Positions 53,051 through 64,000 of a DNA stretch of 64,000 nt are shown piece after piece. The position numbers were made by a program, and so were the translations under genes. Under the pieces are notes generated by a model. The model had not been told where the DNA came from and did no database searches. It saw only the letters and a program-made list of their open reading frames with translations. The stretch lies in the NCBI GenBank assembly GCA_040285825.1, contig JAUPSS010000014.1, forward strand, positions 562-64,561. The letters run 5' to 3'. This stretch comes from Eukaryota sp. TZLM1-RC. Its lineage: Eukaryota > Protista > Metamonada: BaSk clade. Within the stretch, counting starts at the first letter, position 1. Every line of letters begins with the position of its first letter.

Positions 53051-56000
53051 TATACAAAAAACAGGACAACAGAACCAAAATCTATTGGATGATGGGTTGG
53101 TAAAATTCCAATGTCAAAATTGGAAAATCTTAAGTTTGAAACCAGACCCAAAATCTGATCTTCCAACCTGAGCAACCTTCTGCGGTTTTTCTCATTTCCG
53201 TACTCCGACTTTGGGATGCGTCTGTAACTTCAAACATATTATACTCTTAGTGCCATGATTCTTGGGGGCAGAAGGGTAGGCATCACAATTGCCATCAGTG
53301 CAGCAGCCTTGCCTATCGCATTTTGGATTTCTATTCCGTAAATCTTGTACCTATCGGTTATTGTAAGTGTTTCGTTTGACTCAATCACTCTTTTGATCTC
53401 AATTGTTCATGGATTGGCTTGATGTCTTCACCGTTGTACTTTCTTCTTGATGAAGACTCTATCGTAATAAAGTTTTCCTGGACAGTATTCTTTTCAGTAC
53501 ATACATCATCTTTTTTGCCAACACTATTGTTTTCAAGATTGCCATTGAAACAGAATACATAAATCATTTCTTCATGTATCAAACCTGCCTTGTATCACTT
53601 GTGCATAAGCATGTTTTCACAGAAAGTGTGAAAACACAATAACATTCAACAGCGTTTTAAAACACTCATATGGAAATTACAATTCAAAGATTTATTGTCA
53701 AGTGTGGAGTCTTTTTTTCATATAAGAGATGGGGATTTCAAATGAAAACTATGCCAAATTGTTTCAGCTTTTTTGGTGCAGTAGTTTTGATCAATAGAGC
53801 ATCTAGTTTCGTGTACATATTTTGCAATAAAATTGTTTGTTGAATTTATGAAACTCTAAATTTATTTTTTATTTATGTTTAAAAAAGAAAAAAAACTTTC
53901 TTAATCAATGTAAAAGTTGACGCAACAATGTTTTCTACACCAAAAATGTGATCAAGAACACATGCTGTATTTATAAACTTGAAAACTTCTCTTGTAAAAT
54001 GCGCCAATCGTTTCGATTTTTTTAAAGGCAAGACAACCTTGTATAAATTGTCGCAAAGGTTGTAAAAAGATTATCAACAAAGGAATTCAAATCAAATGAA
54101 TGACATGAACATTGGTTTTAATGATGTATAAAGCTCATAAATTTTGAAAAAGATACTGACCTAATCAAAAGAATGATAATCGTGCAGAAAATAGCGTTAT
54201 CGTTGTTATATACAAACGATCACCTTTTGATTCAAGTCAAACAAATGATATCTGTTTCTAGAATACAATCAAAATGAAAGTGAAACTGTAAATTTTTTAA
54301 GAATTTTTTTTGTTTCTGTCAAATAACAAAAGTAAAATAATTTTTCTTTATCAATGTAAAAGTTCACGCAACAATGTTTTTTTACACCAAAAATGTGATC
54401 AAGAACACATGCTGGTATTTCATAAACTTGAAAACTTCTCATGTAAATTGCGCCATTCGTTTCGATTTTTTTCAAAGGCAAGATAACCATGTATAAATTG
54501 TCGCAACAGTTGCAAAAAGGATTATCAACAAAAGAATTCAAAATCAAATCAATGACATGAACATTGGTTTCAATGATGCATAAAGCTCAAAATTTTGGAA
54601 GAAATACTTATCTAATCAAAAGAATGATAATCGTACAGAAATTAGTGTTACCGTTGCCATATACAAACACATGCAGAAAACAGGAAAGCAAAACCAAAAT
54701 TAATTGCATTATGGGTTGGTAAAATTCCAATGTCAAAATTGGAAAATCTGAAGTTTGAAACCAGACCCAAAATCTGATCTTCCAACCTGAGCAACCTTCT
54801 GCGGTTTTTCTCATTTCCGTACTCCGACTTTGGGATGCGTCTGTAACTTCAAACACATTATACTCTTAGTGCCATGATTCTTGGGGGCAGAAGGGTAGGC
54901 ATCACAATTGCCATCAGTGCAGCAGCCTTGCCTATCGCATTTTGGATTTCTATTCCGTAAATCTTGTACCTATCGGTTATTGTAAGTGTTTCGTTTGACT
55001 CAATCACTCTTTTGATCTCAATTGTTCATGGATTGGCTTGATGTCTTCACCGTTGTACTTTCTTCTTGATGAAGACTCTATCGTAATAAAGTTTCCTGGA
55101 CAGTATTCTTTTCAGTACATACATCATCTTTTTTGCCAACACTATTGTTTTCAAGATTGCCATTGAAACAGAATACATAAATCATTTCTTCATGTATCAA
55201 ACCTGCCTTGTATCACTTGTGCATAAGCATGTTTTCACAGAAAGTGTGAAAACACAATAACATTCAACAGCGTTTTAAAACACTCATATGGAAATTACAA
55301 TTCAAAGATTTATTGTCAAGTGTGGAGTCTTTTTTTCATATAAGAGATGGGGATTTCAAATGAAAACTATGCCAAATTGTTTCAGCTTTTTTGGTGCAGT
55401 AGTTTTGATCAATAGAGCATCTAGTTTCGTGTACATATTTTGCAATAAAATTGTTTGTTGAATTTATGAAACTCTAAATTTATTTTTTATTTATGTTTAA
55501 AAAAATGAAGAAAAACTTCTTAATCAATGTAAAAGTTGACGCAACAATGTTTTCTACACCAAAAATGTGATCAAGAACACATGCTGTATTTATAAACTTG
55601 AAAACTTCTCTTGTAAAATGCGCCAATCGTTTCGATTTTTTTAAAGGCAAGACAACCTTGTATAAATTGTCGCAAAGGTTGTAAAAAGATTATCAACAAA
55701 GGAATTCAAATCAAATGAATGACATGAACATTGGTTTTAATGATGTATAAAGCTCATAAATTTTGAAAAAGATACTGACCTAATCAAAAGAATGATAATC
55801 GTGCAGAAAATAGCGTTATCGTTGTTATATACAAACGATCACCTTTTGATTCAAGTCAAACAAATGATATCTGTTTCTAGAATACAATCAAAATGAAAGT
55901 GAAACTGTAAATTTTTCAAGAATTTATTTTTTCTGTTTCTGTCAAATAACAAAAGTAAAATAATTTTTCTTTATCAATGTAAAAGTTCACGCGACAATGT

Positions 56001-59000
56001 TTTTTTACTCCATAAATGTGATCAAGAACACATGCTGTATTTATAAACTTGACAACTTCTCATGTAAAATGCGCCATTCGTTTCCATTTTTTCAAAGGCA
56101 AGATAACCATGTATAAATTGTCGCCTAATCTTTTGACCTAATCAAAAGAATGATAATCGTACAGAAATTAGTGTTACCGTTGCCATATACAAACACATGC
56201 AGAAAACAGGAAAGCAAAACCAAAATTAATTGCAATATGGGTTGGTAAAATTCCAATGTCAAAATTGGAAAATCTGAAGTTTGAAACCAGACCCAAAATC
56301 TGATCTTCCAACCTGAGCAACCTTCTGTGGTTTTTCTCAATTTCGTACTCCGACTTTGGGATGCGTCTGTAACTTCAAACACATTATACTCTTAGTGCCA
56401 TGATTCTTGGGGGCAGAAGGGTAGGCATCACAATTGCCATCAGTGCAGCAGCCTTGCCTATCGCATTTTGGATTTCTATTCCGTAAATCTTGTACCTATC
56501 GGTTATTGTAAGTGTTTCGTTTGACTCAATCACTCTTTTGATCTCAATTGTTCATGGATTGGCTTGATGTCTTCACCGTTGTACTTTCTTCTTGATGAAG
56601 ACCTTTTCGTAATAAAGTTTCCCTGGACAGTATTTTTTTCAGTACATACATCATCTTTTTTGCCAACACTATTGTTTTCAAGATTTCCATTGAAACAGAA
56701 TACATAAATCGTTTCTTCATGTATCAAACCTGCCTTGTATCACTTGTGCATAAGCATGTTTTCACAGAAAGTGTGAAAACACAATAACATTCAACAGCGT
56801 TTTAAACACTCATATGGAAATTACAATTCAAAGATTTATTGTCAAGTGTGGAGTCTTTTTTTCATATAAGAGATGGGGATTTCAAATGAAAACTATGCCA
56901 AATTGTTTCAGCTTTTTTGGTGCAGTAGTTTTGATCAATAGAGCATCTAGTTTCGTGTACATATTTCGCAATAAAATTGTTTGTTGAATTTATGAAACTC
57001 TAAATTTATTTTTTTATTTATGTTTAAAAAAAATGAAGAAAAACTTCTTAATCAATGTAAAAGTTCACGCAACAATGTTTTCTACACCAAAAATGTGATC
57101 AAGAACACATGCTGTATTTATAAACTTGAAAACTTCTCTTGTAAAATGCGCCAATCGTTTCGATTTTTTTAAAGGCAAGACAACCTTGTATAAATTGTCG
57201 CAAAAGGTTGTAAAAAGATTATCAACAAAGGAATTCAAATCAAATGAATGACATGAACATTGGTTTTTAATGATGTATAAAGCTCATAAATTTTGAAAAG
57301 ATACTGACCTAATCAAAAGAATGATAATCGTGCAGAAAATAGCGTTATCGTTGTTATATACAAACGATCACCTTTTTGATTCAAGTCAAACAAATGATAT
57401 CTGTTTCTAGAATACAATCAAAAATGAAAGTGAAACTGTAAATTTTTCAAGAATTTATTTTTTTCTGTTTCTGTCAAATAACAAAAAGTAAAATAATTTT
57501 TTTCTTTATCAATGTAAAAGTTCACGCGACAATGTTTTTTTACTCCATAAATGTGATCAAGAACACATGCTGTATTTATAAACTTGAAAACTTCTCATGT
57601 AAAATGCGCCATTCGTTTCCATTTTTTCAAAGGCAAGATAACCATGTATAAATTGTCGCCTAATCTTTTGACCTAATCAAAAGAATGATAATCGTACAGA
57701 AATTAGTGTTACCGTTGCCATATACAAACACATGCAGAAAACAGGAAAGCAAAACCAAAATTAATTGCATTATGGGTTGGTAATATTCCAATGTTAAAAT
57801 TGGAAAATCTGAAGTTTGAAACCTTCAACCTGAGCAACCTTCTGCGGTTTTTCTCATTTCCGTACTCCGACTTTGGGATGCGTCTGTAACTTCAAACATA
57901 TTATACTCTTAGTGCCATGATTCTTGGAGGCAGAAGGGTAGGCATCACAATTGCCATCAGTGCAGCAGCCTTGCCTATCGCATTTTGGATTTCTATTCCG
58001 TAAATCTTGTACCTATCGGTTATTGTAAGTGTTTCGTTTGACTCAATCACTCTTTTGATCTCAATTGTTCATGGATTGGCTTGATGTCTTCACCGTTGTA
58101 CTTTCTTCTTGATGAAGACCTTTTCGTAATAAAGTTTCCCTGGACAGTATTTTTTTCAGTACATACATCATCTTTTTTGCCAACACTATTGTTTTCAAGA
58201 TTTCCATTGAAGCAGAATACATAAATCGTTTCTTCATGTATCAAACCTGCCTTGTATCACTTGTGCATAAGCATGTTTTCACAGAAAGTGTGAAAACACA
58301 ATAACATTCAACAGCGTTTTAAAACACTCATATGGAAATTACAATTCAAAGATTTATTGTCAAGTGTGGAGTCTTTTTTTCATATAAGAGATGGGGATTT
58401 CAAATGAAAACTATGCCAAATTGTTTCAGCTTTTTTGGTGCAGTAGTTTTGATCAATAGAGCATCTAGTTTCGTGTACATATTTTGCAATAAAATTGTTT
58501 GTTGAATTTATGAAACTCTAAATTTATTTTTTTATTTATGTTTAAAAAAAATGAAGAAAAACTTCTTAATCAATGTAAAAGTTCACGCAACAATGTTTTT
58601 CTACACCAAAAATGTGATCAAAAACACATGCTGTATTTATAAACTTGAAAAACTTCTCTTGTAAAATGCGCCAATCGTTTCGATTTTTTTAAAAGGCAAG
58701 ACAACCTTGTATAAATTGTCGCAAAAGGTTGTAAAAAGATTATCAACAAAGGAATTCAAATCAAATGAATGACATGAACATTGGTTTTTAATGATGTATA
58801 AAGCTCATAAATTTTTGAAAAGATACTGACCTAATCAAAAAGAATGATAATCGTGCAGAAAATAGCGTTATCGTTGTTATATACAAACGATCACCTTTTT
58901 GATTCAAGTCAAACAAATGATATCTGTTTCTAGAATACAATCAAAATGAAAGTGAAACTGTAAATTTTTCAAGAATTTATTTTTTTCTGTTTCTGTCAAA

Positions 59001-61435
59001 TAACAAAAGTAAAATAATTTTTCTTTATCAATGTAAAAGTTCACGCGACAATGTTTTTTTACTCCATAAATGTGATCAAGAACACATGCTGTATTTATAA
59101 ACTTGAAAAACTTCTCATGTAAAATGCGCCATTCGTTTCCATTTTTTTCAAAGGCAAGATAACCATGTATAAATTGTCGCCTAATCTTTTTGACCTAATC
59201 AAAAGAATGATAATCGTACAGAAATTAGTGTTACCGTTGCCATATACAAACACATGCAGAAAAACAGGAAAAGCAAAACCAAAATTAATTGCATTATGGG
59301 TTGGTAAAAATTCCAATGTCAAAATTGGAAAATCTGAAGTTTGAAACCAGACCCAAAAATCTGATCTTCCAACCTGAGCAACCTTCTGCGGTTTTTTTCT
59401 CATTTCCGTACTCCGACTTTGGGATGCGTCTGTAACTTCAAACACATTATACTCTTAGTGCCATGATTCTTGGGGGCAGAAGGGTAGGCGTCACGATTGC
59501 CATCAGTGCAGCAGCCTTGCCTACCGCATTTTGGATTTATATTCCGTAAATTTTGTACCTACTGGTTATTGTAAGTGTTTCGTTTGACTCAATCACTCTT
59601 TTGATCTCAATTGTTCATGGATTGGCTTGATGTCTTCACCGTTGTACTTTCTTCTTGATGAAGACTCTATCGTAATAAAGTTTTCCTGGACAGTATTTTT
59701 TTCAGTACATACATCATCTTTTTTGCCAACACTATTGTTTTCAAGATTTCCATTGAAGCAGAATACATAAATCGTTTCTTCATGTATCAAACCTGCCTTG
59801 TATCACTTGTGCATAAGCATGTTTTCACAGAAAGTGTGAAAACACAATAACATTCAACAGCGTTTTAAAACACTCATATGGAAATTACAATTCAAAGATT
59901 TATTGTCAAGTGTGGAGTCTTTTTTTCATATAAGAGATGGGGATTTCAAATGAAAACTATGCCAAATTGTTTCAGCTTTTTTTGGTGCAGTAGTTTTTGA
60001 TCAATAGAGCATCTAGTTTCGTGTACATATTTTTGCAATAAAAATTGTTTGTTGAATTTATGAAACTCTAAATTTATTTTTTTATTTATGTTTAAAAAAA
60101 TGAAGAAAAAAACTTCTTAATCAATGTAAAAGTTCACGCAACAATGTTTTTCTACACCAAAAATGTAATCAAAAACACATGCTGTATTTATAAACTTGAA
60201 AACTTCTCTTGTAAAATGCGCCAATCGTTTCGATTTTTTTAAAGGCAAGACAACCTTGTATAAATTGTCGCAAAGGTTGTAAAAAGATTATCAACAAAGG
60301 AATTCAAATCAAATGAATGACATGAACATTGGTTTTAATGATGTATAAAGCTCATAAATTTTGAAAAAGATACTGACCTAATCAAAAGAATGATAATCGT
60401 GCAGAAAATAGCGTTATCGTTGTTATATACAAACGATCACCTTTTGATTCAAGTCAAACAAATGATATCTGTTTCTAGAATACAATCAAAATGAAAGTGA
60501 AACTGTAAATTTTTCAAGAATTTATTTTTTCTGTTTCTGTCAAATAACAAAAGTAAAATAATTTTTCTTTATCAATGTAAAAGTTCACGCGACAATGTTT
60601 TTTTACTCCATAAATGTGATCAAGAACACATGCTGTATTTATAAACTTGAAAACTTCTCATGTAAAATGCGCCATTCGTTTCCATTTTTTCAAAGGCAAG
60701 ATAACCATGTATAAATTGTCGCCTAATCTTTTGACCTAATCAAAAGAATGATAATCGTACAGAAATTAGTGTTACCGTTGCCATATACAAACACATGCAG
60801 AAAACAGGAAAGCAAAACCAAAATTAATTGCATTATGGGTTGGTAAAATTCCAATGTCAAAATTGGAAAATCTGAAGTTTGAAACCAGACCCAAAATCTG
60901 ATCTTCCAACCTGAGCAACCTTCTGCGGTTTTTCTCATTTCCGTACTCCGACTTTGGGATGCGTCTGTAACTTCAAACACATTATACTCTTAGTGCCATG
61001 ATTCTTGGGGGCAGAAGGGTAGGCGTCACGATTGCCATCAGTGCAGCAGCCTTGCCTACCGCATTTTGGATTTATATTCCGTAAATTTTGTACCTACTGG
61101 TTATTGTAAGTGTTTCGTTTGACTCAATCACTCTTTTGATCTCAATTGTTCATGGATTGGCTTGATGTCTTCACCGTTGTACTTTCTTCTTGATGAAGAC
61201 TCTATCGTAATAAAGTTTTCCTGGACAGTATTCTTTTCAGTACATACATCATCTTTTCTGCCAACACTATTGTTTCCAAGATTGCCATTGAAACAGAATA
61301 CATAAATCATTTCTTCATGTATCAAACCTGCCTTGTATCACTTGTGCATAAGCATGTTTTCACAGAAAGTGTGAAAACACAATAACATTCAACAGCGTTT
61401 TCAACACTCATATGGATATTACAATTCAAAGATTT

Positions 61436-61445
61436 ATTGTCAAGT
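61436..61445 (+). repeat. Target-site duplication, left copy (ATTGTCAAGT)
   Basis: The empty site in other units reads gatttATTGTCAAGTgtggag once. Confidence 0.9.
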
Positions 61446-63500
61446 TTTTTTTAAAAAAACTGGAATATTTATTGAGATAAAAATAACCATCTAGAATTCA
61501 ATATCCTCCAAACAAGCGTCACTATTACTGAACCTACTCACAGCATTACGTTCATATTCTACACCAATAGCTAAAAGTGCCCTTGAAATCATTGTAGGAA
61601 TAGACTTGAAAATGCAAAAAACAATTCTATTTAACCAGAAAGTGGAGTTCATTGTTTTACCAGACCTATTCAGTAACACTTTTTTAAAATTTTCGAAAAA
61701 GTGCAACCCTGAAGGTCCAATATTGCCAAAAAGAGAAATTGCAAACGGCACAAACTGATATTTCACATGTTCCACTCTACCTAACTGTGCCAACGGTTCT
61801 TCATACGGCGTTAGATAACGGCGAATCAGCGGAATACACTAAACGAGCAGCAGAATTTTTGCAAACATCAACTGAGACAACATCTACAACATTGAGAACA
61901 CCATCGATCCCTGGAGCTACTAAATCTGCCCTTCTTTTACCAAAGGAATCATCAGTTTGATCTGAAGACAGCTTACGTACTAGTGGCTCAATAAATGCCT
62001 CTATATTGAAACTTTTGCACATGGCATATAATTGATCACGAACTGAGTCATGAACAATTGAGCGATAAGTTATAAAATACTTACAGTTTAAAATATGGGA
62101 AAGCGTAACAACACTTTTGCAGCGACAAATTAAATCATTTGGTAATGAACAAGGCCATAGAAAACATCTCATTCTCATTGCAGTGGTCCATTGGTGATCA
62201 TTAAGTAGAAGGCCATAAATGTTGGGAATTTGGGAGATTAAGCAACTTGAACAATTGTCTTCAAGATCAATCAAAAAGTTTGCAAAAACGGGATTTTTTT
62301 CCTTAGCCAAGCTAAGACGTACAATATAATCCAAGTTTTCTAAAACTTTCAAGATTTTTTTCTGCAATTTTGCATAAGTCAGTGGTAAGGAGAGCAAGCT
62401 TCTTGAAGGAAGTTCCACAATATCAGAGGGGAAACATTTAGCCCAAATATTGGGTGAATGAGTTTCAATTTCCTGTTGCAAAGAAATAAGATAAGAGCTG
62501 CCACAATTTTCAATGAGATGAATTTTTTCAGGAAAACGATTCACAAATTCATAAATAAAATTCTTTCCACCTCCAATAAAGGCAGCTTTACAAAGGTAGC
62601 TTGATTTATGAAAATCAACACCACCAAAATTTGTACCACAAAAAATGTGGCTTCGTAACTGAGATGCATCAATTTCCAATAATTTTGCTAAAAATTGGTT
62701 CTTTGTTCATTAAAAATGCGACAAAACTCCAAAGAAATTGATGGTGATGTAGATCTCAAAATATGAGTAAATTTTCCAGAATAACAGATTTTTAGGAAAA
62801 AGAATTTCAAATGTTTCTCAATATTTAAATTTTCTATTGATTCTAATTCATTTCCAAATTGAGTCGACAGAGTCGAAAGTTGGCCTTTCACTTCATCAAT
62901 ATTTCCGAGATAACAACCCAAAAAACGAAAACCAGACTGATCATAATTGATAAAGGGGACATTGACATCATTAATGAAAAAATCAATTGGTTCATGGCCA
63001 ATAATCAAACATTTGGAGATATTCAATGAGAGACCAATATCTTCATAACGCTGTTGAATAAAAGTTGCTATTTGTTTGAGAATTGTAATAGGAGCAATTA
63101 CAGAAATGTCATCCATATATGCTACAATATATATTTCTGGGAATTTTTCTTTTATTTCGCACATTAATGGATGAATTGCCAGACAAAAGAAAAAAAGGAC
63201 CAAGTGGATCACCTTGTTTAACACCTGAAGACGAAAGCAGGTCAAAGTTTTCATAGACCAATGTGGATGATTTTCCATAAAATGAATAGAAAAAAGGCTC
63301 AACTTCAGGAAAATGCTTTCGCAGCAAAGGTAAAATGGAAGAACGAGATATAGAATTGAAAGCATTCTTAAAATCTAAATTGAAGATGTAATTAGAATCA
63401 CTAGAATTAAAAAACACATCCGACGAAAGAGCAGCAGAAGAAGCACCATCAATTGTCTTGATTCCAAATTGAAATGGACTGAAATATTCCTTGGCTTTTA
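61446..63500 (-). mobile_element. 5'-truncated RLE-type (CRE-like) non-LTR retrotransposon, second family, inserted in a 1.5-kb spacer repeat
   Basis: Short poly(A) tail (T run 61445-61452 on the + strand), flanking ATTGTCAAGT duplication, and RT and RLE motifs. It begins just before the RT QFG motif. Confidence 0.92.
61491..63498 (-). pseudogene. Frameshifted RT-CCHC-RLE reading frame (four ORF pieces)
   Basis: KAKEYFSPFQFGIK, LDFKNAFNS, GVKQGDPLGP / AYMDDI, FLG / CRC..HILNC, RSIVHD, RRADL, VDVVSVD / FVPFAISLFG, FWLNRI. Confidence 0.9.
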
Positions 63501-63510
63501 ATTGTCAAGT
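63501..63510 (+). repeat. Target-site duplication, right copy (ATTGTCAAGT)
   Basis: Repeat sequence resumes ATTGTCAAGTgtggagtc after the element. Confidence 0.9.
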
Positions 63511-64000
63511 GTGGAGTCTTTTTTTCATATAAGAGATGGGGATTTCAAATGAAAACTATGCCAAATTGTTTCAGCTTTTTTGGTGCAGTAGTTTTGATCA
63601 ATAGAGCATCTAGTTTCGTGTACCTATTTTGCAATAAAATTGTTTGTTGAATTTATGAAACTCTAAATTTATTTTTTATTTATGTTTAAAAAAATGAAGA
63701 AAAACTTCTTAATCAATGTAAAAGTTCACGCAACAATGTTTTCTACACCAAAAATGTGATCAAGAACACATGCTGTATTTATAAATTTGAAAACTTCTCT
63801 TGTAAAATGCGCCAATCGTTTCGATTTTTTTAAAGGCAAGACAACCTTGTATAAATTGTCGCAAAGGTTGTAAAAAGATTATCAACAAAGGAATTCAAAT
63901 CAAATGAATGACATGAACATTGGTTTTAATGATGTATAAAGCTCATAAATTTTGAAAAAGATACTGACCTAATCAAAAGAATGATAATCGTGCAGAAAAT

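Larger units (their letters stand above)
53051..64000. repeat. Upstream spacer array of ~1.53-kb units (first unit ~1.62 kb), ~5.7 copies, last one interrupted by a retroelement
   Basis: The anchor gggttggtaa recurs at 53094, 54713, 56239, 57774, 59298 and 60837. Each unit holds an internal diverged duplication at ~447-bp spacing. Confidence 0.93.

Noticed and set aside
63501-63518. Target TCAAGTGT resembles U2 snRNA (GATCAAGTGTAGTA), the Utopia/Keno target
   Set aside because: Only an 8-nt match, with no other U2 sequence or structure around it.
53051-64000. 5S rRNA, tRNA or spliced-leader RNA gene in the spacer repeats
   Set aside because: No recognisable 5S box A/C, tRNA cloverleaf or convincing SL features by eye. 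An Infernal search would be needed to exclude divergent ones.

Overview
This is a eukaryotic nuclear rDNA locus from an AT-rich organism, probably a protist, transcribed on the minus strand. Read in transcription direction (64000 to 1), it contains: an upstream array of ~1.53-kb spacer repeats carrying a 5'-truncated CRE-like non-LTR retrotransposon (10-bp TSD, poly(A)); the promoter/5'ETS; one complete 18S-ITS1-5.8S-ITS2-28S unit; ~49 copies of a ~462-bp repeat; a second, distinct CRE-like retrotransposon (RNase H + zinc fingers + RT + CCHC + restriction-like endonuclease) joined at its 3' end to a non-R2 site in 28S; the 28S 3' 400 nt; ~3 more 462-bp repeats; a promoterless rDNA unit starting in the last ~240 nt of 18S; and >=31 more 462-bp repeats. 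Three observations stand out. (1) The RNase H-bearing CRE-like element sits in 28S ~710 nt downstream of the R2 site. (2) The 462-bp 'satellite' is a tandem amplification of the last ~70 nt of 28S rRNA plus the 3'ETS hairpin and downstream spacer. (3) One rearrangement junction falls almost exactly at the predicted mature 28S 3' end, which hints at RNA-templated rebuilding of rDNA. Homopolymer noise and an insertion-rich junction at ~24.05-24.45 kb mean some structure could be long-read assembly artefact. All calls come from reading the sequence by eye; no database searches were run.
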